From positions 248,001 through 312,000 of the forward strand of contig JAVKOQ020000003.1 in NCBI GenBank assembly GCA_031835245.2: DNA of 64,000 nt, written 5' to 3'. Positions 27,716 through 37,041 of the stretch are shown piece after piece. Both the position numbers and the translations under genes were made by a program. The DNA comes from Balamuthia mandrillaris (lineage: Eukaryota). Position 1 is the stretch's first letter; every line of letters starts with the position of its first letter. Under the pieces are notes generated by a model. It made no database searches. It saw only the letters and a list, made by a program, of their open reading frames with translations, and was not told the origin of the DNA.

Positions 27716-29531
27716 ATGGGCCAACATCACGCTAAGCTAGACAAAGGTACCGCCGGCGAGGATTACTGTTTACCTTCAGTTCTCTTAGTTGACAATTGTC
27801 TCCGTTAATCAGAGAAGTTGAACAGAACAAGGAACGAAATTGCTCGGGAAATCGTAACCACTGAGGAAAGTTACGTCCAGAGCCTTGATCTTGCAATCAA
27901 TGTCTTTTTTGAGCCCTTGCTGCATAGTCTTTCTAACGACCGTAGTCCTATCCTAAGCGAGTCTGAAGTTACTGCCATTTTTTCTACAATTAAGGACATT
28001 TTCGCTCTTCACGGTAGCTTCTTGTCAAAGCTTAACGAGCGTTACAGCGAATGGACCGAGAAAACCAAGCTGGCGGATATATTTTTGGCGCAGGTGCGAA
28101 GCTCTGCAAACAAAACCATCTGTGCTGCTGACCCACTTGTGCTTTGTCAACTACAGGTAGACAGCTTTAAAGTGTATACCTCATATGGTATGAAACAGGA
28201 ACAAACCCGTCGCTGTTAACTTTGGTTTTTCCTTTCTGCACAAAGGAAAAAACCAAAGTTTGAACAACTTTGTGTTGTTGTTTTTTTTCTGCCTTTTTCC
28301 CCATACTAATTTTGCTTTATTTTTGGTGTTCCATTGATCGGCTTGATCTTGGCACCGCCTTAGTGAACAACTATGACCTCTCGATTAAAACCTTGGTGGA
28401 ATGCCAAAAGCGAAAGAAGGTCATCCGCTTTTTAGAAGGGGTTCACCATGAACATGCAGTTCTGGGTTTGTCAAACTACCTTATAATGCCAATACAACGT
28501 TTGCCAAGGTTTTAGCATCATGATATCATCTTGCTCTATCTTTCTCTTTCCTCCTTTCAATCTTATTTTTGCTTTGCTTGTCTCATCAGTTCTTCGTTTT
28601 TAGATATGTGCTCTTACTTCAAGAGCTTTTGAAAAAGACAACAAAACAGCACCGAGACTACAAAAACCTTAAAAAGGCTATCAAAGAAATGAAACAAGTC
28701 ACTGCATACATTAATGAACAAAAACGAATGGCAGAAGTAAAACAGCAAATGTTAAACCTTCAAAGCCATTTTGCTGAGCCCTTGGTACTTATTTTAAATC
28801 TTTACTAACAAACAAGAACTAATGAACTAAATTCTTATAATTAGGACTTTTTCTCTAATGATCAACGATTATTGATAACCAAAGGACAGTTTGAATGTAA
28901 AGAATCAAATGCATCAAATCTTTTAATTGTTCCTGTGGTTTTGTCTTTTTTTCTATTTACAGATGTTTTAGTATTAGCACAAGAAAGGTAAACCATTTTA
29001 TGTTTATTTATGTTTTTTAATATTCACAAAAATATAAAATCATTTTATTTTATTATTTATGTTTTTTAATATTCACAAAAACAGACAATCAAGAAGTTCT
29101 TTTTTTTCCAGTTTTTTTCAAGCTCCTTTTTCTTGGCAGTTAATAGCATATGCTCCTATAACTAATGTGGAACTGAATTTACATGATTTATGTCAAGGTA
29201 AATTTCTATAAAGATTTTTTTAAAAATATTAATTATATTTTAAATAGGTGCCATATTGACTCTTAAAACCAAAGAAAGTAATTTCAAAGAAGCAAATACT
29301 ACATTTATTATTAATGTTAAAGATAATAATGTTCAAAGTGCTTTACAAGAATTGAAATATGATATCCTTCCATCACTTCAAAAAAAAGCTAAAAAAAATA
29401 ATCATCATTTTATAGATATTATTCCACAAAATGAAACATTTCAAAAAACAAAACTTGTAAAAGATGATTCAAAAATAGAAAAACAAAAAGAAAAAACAAA
29501 TTTAATACGAAGATATACATTAAAATTATAA
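27716..29531 (+). CDS. Dbl-family RhoGEF (DH-PH), multi-exon; the spliced frame is intact
   Basis: EIVTTEESYVQSL, YLIMPIQRLPR|YVLLLQELLK, PH-like FFLFTDVLVLA. Exons splice in frame from ATG 27716 to TAA 29531. Confidence 0.85.
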
Positions 29532-29764
29532 TTATAATTAAGGACAACAAATAAATATTTTAATAATTTCTTTAAAAGTCTATAAATAAACATCTTATTA
29601 CTATTACTACTAATATATGTTTTATTTTAACTATTTTTAAAAGCTTTGTTGTAAGTTATCCTGAGAGGAAAAAAAAGAAAAAGCAAGGAGAGGTAGTATT
29701 TAAGCTAAAAGAATTATCCAAAAAAGAAAAGCAGAGAATATCAACATAAAAGGATAAAGAGAGA

Positions 29765-30033
29765 TGTTAAAAAGGGCAAATAACATGAACAAACAGGGCC
29801 AAAACGTATTATTCAAAGAGGGAACAAAGGAACAAAGGGTGTCAAAAGAGAAAGGTGTGGTGTGAATGAAACAAAACTAACTAACTAAAAGAAAGAAAGA
29901 AGGAAGCAATGGAATAAATGGAAGAAGTCTAGTGATGTGGCAGTAGGCAATTGGTCCATGTCAGGGATGTTGACAGTAAGAAAAGAAAGGAAAGGGGGCA
30001 ACAGAGTTAATATGTTGAGAGTAATTCTCAACA
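29765..30033 (+). mobile_element. Solo copy of the ~269-bp LTR-like repeat
   Basis: TGTTAAAAAGG...ATTCTCAACA, homologous to 35899-36167, with GAGA on both sides (putative 4-bp TSD). Confidence 0.8.
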
Positions 30034-31594
30034 GAGAAAACAACAAGAAAGGAGAAGTTCAAGAAAGGAGAAGTTAGACATTGAGAAGTTTCCTCAGGTT
30101 AATAGGCAAAAAGGAGAGGTCAATATGAAAGAGAAAAAAAGCTAGTATGTTTAAAAAGAGCAAATCAACTCTGTTTCATAAAAACATTCCTATCACTTTT
30201 TTAAAACATAAAACACGTTCTAAACAAAAAAGGACACTCTTTTTGGAAATTATTTTTGATTTAATAATTGATATATATTTATTAATTATTTTTGAAAAAC
30301 ACTGAGTTGGGCCAAAATACCAGTTTTTATAACATTGCTTAGGATACAAATTGTAAAACCTTCAAAGATAATATGACTGGTGTAGTTCCCTTCAAAAAAA
30401 GCAGTTTCTCACTGGGATGTTGGCTAGAATCAAAAGTCCTAGTCTGTGTTGTACTAGTTAATAGGGTCACTGCACTTAAAAAAAAAATGTAGGTCACTGC
30501 TTTTCTCCTGGTAGAACACGTTAGCTATCAACAAGGCCTTGACCAGCCTTTCCCTACCCTTTCCTTCCTGGTAGCAAGGCCCTTGGAGACTCTATGGCAG
30601 GCCCTTTGCTCCTCAGGGCAGGTCCTTGTACTAGAGTGTGCTCATACTCTCTTACCACTGCTGAGCTCCTCCTGGTCATGGGCAGGGAAAATATAGTAAA
30701 TGCTTGAGATATGGGAGAGAATGTGGCAAGAGCAAGCAAACAAGAGAGAAAGAGAGAGAGAAAAAGAAAAAAGAGAAAGAAAAAATGAGAAAGAGAAACA
30801 AGGAAGAAAGAGAAAAGAACACAAACTATGAGAAGAATGAGGAGTGCTAGTACTACCATCAGCGTCATAGTCATGAAGCTCACTGATGAATGCCATCATA
30901 AAGAAATAAAGGATTGGCAGGTCACTACTGCTTCCATTGGTGTCCAGTTGGATTTTTGTCGACATAAGTAACAGAAAAAAGGGAGAAAGGAAAGAAAAGA
31001 AAGGAAAGAAGAAAACAAGAAACGTGCTTTAGTTGTCTGCTGCCTGCTGCAAACTTCAAGTTGGTGAGGTAATCTTTTTCTACAAGCTATCCTTTTACAC
31101 CCTATCAGCACTATATTGCTGATAGGGACTATTTGTGATTATTGTAAAAAACAATAAATATTTACTTTCCTATTCTAATATTTTATTGCAATAATTTTGT
31201 AAAATATCGGTTTTTCCTTGATTTCTTCCACCAAGCGAACAGGATCCACTGCCTCCCTCAAAAAATCAAAATAGCTATCTGCTTGCATGGTGTCCCTTTT
31301 GTCCATAGGTTCACTCACTTGCCCTGCTGTCTCTATGGTACCAGTTTCTAGGCATTCAAGTTCTTCCCAGTCGTCACTGCTTGAGAAGATCGACATCACC
31401 TACATATTCTTTCACTCTTGTCCTGCCAATGATCAAGAAAGACAAAAACTGCTTCGCAGAGTGCCATCAACCAAATCATCAATAAACACAATAATTTTTA
31501 TTGTCTACAAAAACTTATCAGCAATATATTGCTGATAGGCATGTCACAGTATTTTCAACTTTTTTGTAGACAGGATGAAAAAGGATATGTGGGC

Positions 31595-32130
31595 ACTTTT
31601 GTTTTTCTTCAATCTGCACACATGTGCACACCTCCAACAAATCATTTTCTCTTCCTATCCTTTTCTTTTTCTTCAATCTGCACACGCATGTGCACTTCCT
31701 TAAATCATTTTTTCTCCCCCATTTTTTCGTTTTTCTTCAATCTGCACATGCTTGCACACTTCCTATAAATCTTTTTTTACCTCATCACTTCAGTTTGTGC
31801 ACTTGTTATAAATTATTTTCTCTTCCCCATCTTCAATCTGCGCACATGTGTGCACTTCTAATAAATCATTTTCTCTTCCCCATCTTTTTGTTTTTCTTCA
31901 ATCTGTGCACGTGTGCGCACTTCTAACAAATCATTATTTCTCCATCTTTTTGTTTTTCTTCCATCTGCACATGCGTGCACACTTCCAACAAATCATTATC
32001 TCTTTCCCAGCTTTTTGTTATTCTTTGATTTGTGCACATGTGCGCACTTCCTCTAAGTGATTGTCTTTCCCCATCTTTTTGTTTTTCTTCTTTCTTCCAA
32101 CAAATCATTTTCTTTCAAGTGTGCACACTT
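31595..32130. repeat. Degenerate minisatellite, ~60-bp unit, ~8-9 copies
   Basis: Recurrent TTTTTCTTCAATC-TG(CG/CA/TG)n-CAC(T/C)TC-(C/T)AACAAATCATT. Confidence 0.85.
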
Positions 32131-32677
32131 TTAACAAACGTTGATAATACAAAGCCAACACCTCTTTGACAACCACAAGACTTCATGGGATGAAAGCCAG
32201 ACTAGTCGTTGGTTCTAATCTTTCTTTCAACAGCTCTATTGCCCTTTCCTCTTTTCTTTCACAGGTATCATGACTACTCATTCATGGCACTCAAGCGCCT
32301 GTGCTTACATTTTCCTTTCTCTCCTTTCCTCCTTTTCCTTTCTCTTGGTGTACTTTCAAGCAAAGACAGAGATTCCTTCCTGTTGTCTTTTTTAGAATAA
32401 GTCACACTTCACAAACACTTTAACTGCAAGTCAAGAATGAGAGAGTACTTAGAAAAGAAATGTGTTGATGGAAGCAAAAAAGAAGGATACATTTAATGCT
32501 GCTTCCTGCAATGCAAAAAAAGATTCAGAAGTAACATAGAGAACTGAAGGAAGAGTTTAAGGTTAGCAACTTGGTACTCATTCACTCCAAGATGATGTCA
32601 ATTGGTGAGTCTAAGAAACTTTGATATGGTTAAAAAGGAGGACATCATAAGATTATTAAAATCTGTTCACAAACAAA

Positions 32678-32787
32678 GTAAGAGTAGTAAGAGTACACTA
32701 TATATGTACAATGCTTACTTTTTATGTATTGATTGGTGTTGCACTCAGAGTAAATAAACTTCTTATTACTACTATTACTACTACTTA
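32678..32787 (+). mobile_element. 5'-truncated LINE 3' end with (TAC)n tail
   Basis: Matches the 3' UTR of the LINE at ~40510-40607 (GTAAGAGTACACTATATAT..CAATGCTTACTTTTTATGTA..AATAAA..TTATTACTACT). Confidence 0.8.
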
Positions 32788-33552
32788 CAACATGAGAATA
32801 TTTTCTATCCATTTGAGCTATAACATAAAGTACTGCTAAACTACAACACAAGGGTTTGCAGCCTTGCTATTGTTTTGCTGCCTGCTACGGAAAGCGTTTG
32901 AGTTTAAAGAAATTGAAGACTTCTTTTTACAATGTTTAATAGATAAAATAGTTTCTTATCAAAGTGAAGCAACAGATAAAATGTGTTTATTTTTGCTACA
33001 TAAACCCCTGTTCTTCATATTGATACAAAATTGATATTTGTTTTCCCTTTACAAGCTGTGCTACTCTGGTTACTATTCTATTCTTCCTTATTACCTTAAC
33101 TATAAAGTATACTCTTCTTTGTGTTATTCTTCCTTATGGCTTTAGGCAGTTTGGCTGCTTTGACCTTTGAGCTAAACACTAAGTGGATTCATTAATGTGA
33201 TCTTCTCTTCCTTTTTCCTTTCTCTTCCTTTCTCTCTCTTTCTTCTGCTTCTTTGCTTTCCTTTTCTCTTATCTTCTTCTTTTTTCTTTTCTCTCTTGTC
33301 TTTTGTATTTCTTTTTATCTTTGTCTCTATAACTCCTGTTATCACTTCTTCAACAAAAAATACAGATTTTCTCATTGTATCAACAAAGGTTGTGCATGAA
33401 TTAACTTTGTCAATGGGGAAGAAAAAATGCAGAAAAATAAGGCACTGACACGCAAGAGCACTGAATTGATTGATAGTCAGGAGAGGAAACAGGTCCTACA
33501 TCAATAGATGGATCTGGCCATGAAGGAATGTCTTAGACTGGGGACCCTAAAC

Positions 33553-33652
33553 AGTAGTAGTAGTAATAAGAAGTTTATTTGCTCTAGGAGCAACACCACA
33601 CTATATAAAAAGTAAGCATTGTACATACATAGTGTACTCTTACTGCTCTTAC
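33553..33652 (-). mobile_element. 5'-truncated LINE 3' end with (TAC)n tail
   Basis: Reverse complement of the same 3' UTR and tail. Confidence 0.8.
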
Positions 33653-34161
33653 TCCCTCATCCTCAATGCCTTCCCAATTGTTATGTCCCCTAAACAGTAA
33701 TCGTTGGTGGAAGCCTGCTTTGCAACCCATGCAAAAAGAGGCAAAGATCCCCGAATGTTTTGTCAAAGGGGACAAGTTAAATCAGTTTTTGGAGGAAGCG
33801 TTCAAGTTGGCAGTGGAAAAGTATGGGCACCTGAATACTACCACAAGTTTCCCCCTTCCCAAAGGGCTAACCAAAAGGAGCAGGATGACAGAGGTGCAGA
33901 GGATCAGCATAACTTGGTAGTAGATTTGCCCTGCTGAAAGGAAGGGACCAGTGTTGTGCCTGAGAGGAAGATTGATTTGGACTCAGTCAGTGTGGATGAC
34001 ACTAAGGTGTGAACCAACTGTTAAGTGGCACTGCTGTTTGATTGTATTAGCAGTGTTTCTCATGAGTGTAGTAAGCTCTTTGAGGCAGGTGTACTTTCAC
34101 TTGCAGTGATTGTATGATTCAGGGACCTGATTGAATCTCTCAACTAGGAGATTAATAATCT

Positions 34162-36167
34162 TGTTGAGAATTACTCTCAACATATTAGTTCTGTTGCCTC
34201 TTTCCTTTCCTTTCCTTTCTGTTGACATCTGCAACGTGGACCAATCACCTGCTGTCACATCGCTAGGCTTCTTCCTTTTATTTCGTTGCTTCCTTCTCTC
34301 TTTCTTTTAGTTAGTTAGTTTTGTTTAGTTCACACCACACCTTTCTCTCCTGACACTCTTTGTTCCCTTGTTCCCTCTTTGAATAATACGTTTTGGCCCT
34401 GTCCATTCGTGTTATTCATCCTTTCTAACATTTTCACTCCCTCTTTTGTTAGAGTGAAGCATAGAGGTTGTGGTCCAGCGAGTCCTCAACTAGTTCATTA
34501 ATAGCACGGCAGTACTCATAATAGCTGTCAACATCATCACACTGCAAATAAGAAAGAGTAGCAGAGGGACCAGGAGGGGAGCCAAAGTGGATAGCAATAG
34601 CAGGAGGGTCATCATCGTTATCATCATCATGCACATTGTTGGGAGGGTCGTCATTGTTGTAACCAGTAGTAAGGGCGAATAGGCCAGATGAGTTCTTGTT
34701 GGTCTTGTTGGGGCAAGAAGATGCAAGGTGACCTTGTTGCTTGCATTTATAGCATGTGTGTTGCTCAGCAGTAGACGTGGAAGAAGTTGGTTTAGAAGGA
34801 GGAGGTGAGGTAGTAAAAGGCAATGGAGGGGCGCGTGTGCAAGTTGGATGGCCTGCAAATTAGCTTCCATAGCTATCGCAGTAGTAACAGCTTCATTGAA
34901 GTCATTGGGCAGGTTGGTAGCAAAAGCAGATGCTAAACATAGTTGAAGGTCCTTATTAAGTGCATTACACAGTGTAGAGGCCAGAAAGTCCGGTGGTGGT
35001 GGCAAAATAATCTGATCACACATCTCCAAGATTTTCTTGCTGATAGAACAGACAGACTCCGTAGGGCCAGCTCATAGGCAACAGAGCTTTTTGTAGGTGA
35101 CAAAGTTTGAGCTTTGTGGAACAAAATGGTTAAAGAAGATTGCTTTAACCGAGGTCCATGGAGTTCTGGGGAGATCGAGGTGGGAGAGAGCCCAGGCTTT
35201 GGCAGAAGGATTGACAATGCTCGTGATATGGGCTTTGTACCAACATTCTGGCAGCTGGTCGTCCTGCAAATGGAACTCGAGGGCACAGATAAAGGTCAAT
35301 GGGTTGGAAATCTTCGGATTGTCCAGGTCAAACTTGGGAAGATCATGGAGGAAAGATCGGTTCTTGACAGAAGGGGCTGAAGAAGCAGATGAAGAAGCAG
35401 TGTTGCGAGGCAGTTGACGTGGGGCAAAGGCAGAGGCCAACACTAACAAGGAAGCTGAGAAAGAGGTGGACTTGGGCTTCATGGGTGTTGAAAAGATCAG
35501 GTCATCCTCCGCACAATCTTTTTGGAAAAGAGTCTGTTGCAATGGCGGATTAGATGTCACAGAGAAGGGAACAACAGAGGAAGTAGGGGCAGGAGGACAG
35601 GAAAAAAGAGGGAACTTCCTGTTCTCTAGGTCATCCATTGCTTGTGAAAGTCATTCGATTTTGTTGCCAAAGAAGACTGCTTTCTTCTGGTGCTCTTCTT
35701 TTTCTTCCGGGGTTGATGCCATGGCGGCTTTTTCAAGCTCCTCCGTGGCATGAATGTGGGTGTTCTCAAGGGCGGCTCAAAGGCGTTCCAAATGCTCCTT
35801 GAAGGTGGTTGGGGAAATCGTCTCAGATTTCTTGTTCTTGGCGTCCATCACATCTGAGGGGAAATCGCATGAATAATGGTTCTGGTTGTCAAAAAAAATG
35901 TTAAAAAGGACGAATAACATGAACGGACAGGGCCAAAACGTATTATTCAAAGAGAGAACAAGGGAACAAAGAGTGTCAGGAGAGAAAGGTGTGGTGTGAA
36001 CTAAACAAAACTAACTAACTAAAAGAAAGAAAGAAGAAAGCAATGGAATAAAAGGAAGAAGCCTAGCGATGTGACAGCAGGCGATTGGTCCACGTTGTAG
36101 ATGTTGACAGAAAGGAAAGGAAAGGAAAGGGGCAACAGAACTAATATGTTGAGAGTAATTCTCAACA
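34162..36167 (-). mobile_element. gag-only retroelement bounded by inverted ~269-bp LTR-like repeats, 4-bp TSD ATCT
   Basis: 34162-34430 is the reverse complement of 35899-36167. ATCT occurs at 34158-34161 and 36168-36171. The interior holds a disrupted gag. Confidence 0.85.
34449..35848 (-). pseudogene. Disrupted gag with CCHC zinc knuckle
   Basis: CYKCKQQGHLASSC (CX2CX4HX4C), capsid-like AKAWALSHL..PWTSVKAIFFNHF, in-frame TGA stops and frameshifts. Confidence 0.8.
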
Positions 36168-37041
36168 ATCTTATGGTGGAGGAAAAAGGAAGTGCAAAAG
36201 GTACCAAAGGCGGTCCTGCTCCGGGTGCCCATTATCAACAGTCATACATGGAGGTGGTTGGATCTGCTCCTCAGTGTGACCAGATTACTGTGAAAAGGAA
36301 TTTCCCTCCAATGGTAACTACATAAGCGCACTAAGCTTGGAATACTGAGGAAGAAATGGCAAAAGCTTAGTGCACTTATGTAGTTACCATTGAAGCACAC
36401 TAAGCTTGGAATACTGAGGAAGAAATGGCAAAAGAACCAAAGGACAACTCAAAACATTCCTGAAACAGAGTATGACTAATTAATATTCACTTTACTTCTC
36501 CCTGTATATGGTACTGTATATAACTTCAATCAATATTAGAGGAGGTATAAAACATAAAAAAGATAAACTTGTTCAGATGATGACCAAACAAGAATTTGAC
36601 ATCCTTTGTTTCATAAGAATGTAACTGTATAAATTTACCTTGAGCTGAAGGTCTTCCTTGGAAAAGACAAAGGGAACCATAGCATTTCCAGCTAAAGCAA
36701 GCTCATGACAAACTCCATGCTTGCAAGCAAACAATCCAGAAAATCTCAACCAGCACTGCTCAAAACCAATCCATCCATTCATTTGTCTGTCCTCTACATT
36801 CTTGGGATAAAGTCACTAATATATCCTAAATCACTCTAGTAGTCTCATAACTTGTAATAATCTACTAATGCACCTTGCTTACAAGTATGCTTCCTCTGGT
36901 TCTTCCTCTTCCTTTCCCTCTCCTTCCTTTCCTTTCTCATCTTCAGCATAATTTTTACCAACACACTGAGTGGTCTCTGAGGAGCACCAGGTACTGTGGA
37001 TGACCTCAAGGTCGCCTTGGCTATGATTGAGAAGAGAATAC

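Noticed and set aside
31595..32130. CRISPR-like appearance of the spaced palindromic repeats
   Set aside because: The context is eukaryotic, there are no cas genes, and the intervening sequences are homologous to each other rather than unique spacers.
34162..36167. Classification as DIRS or Ginger/Tdd
   Set aside because: No tyrosine recombinase or internal complementary region is seen and a TSD is present, unlike DIRS. The cargo is gag rather than integrase, unlike Ginger. It is left unclassified.
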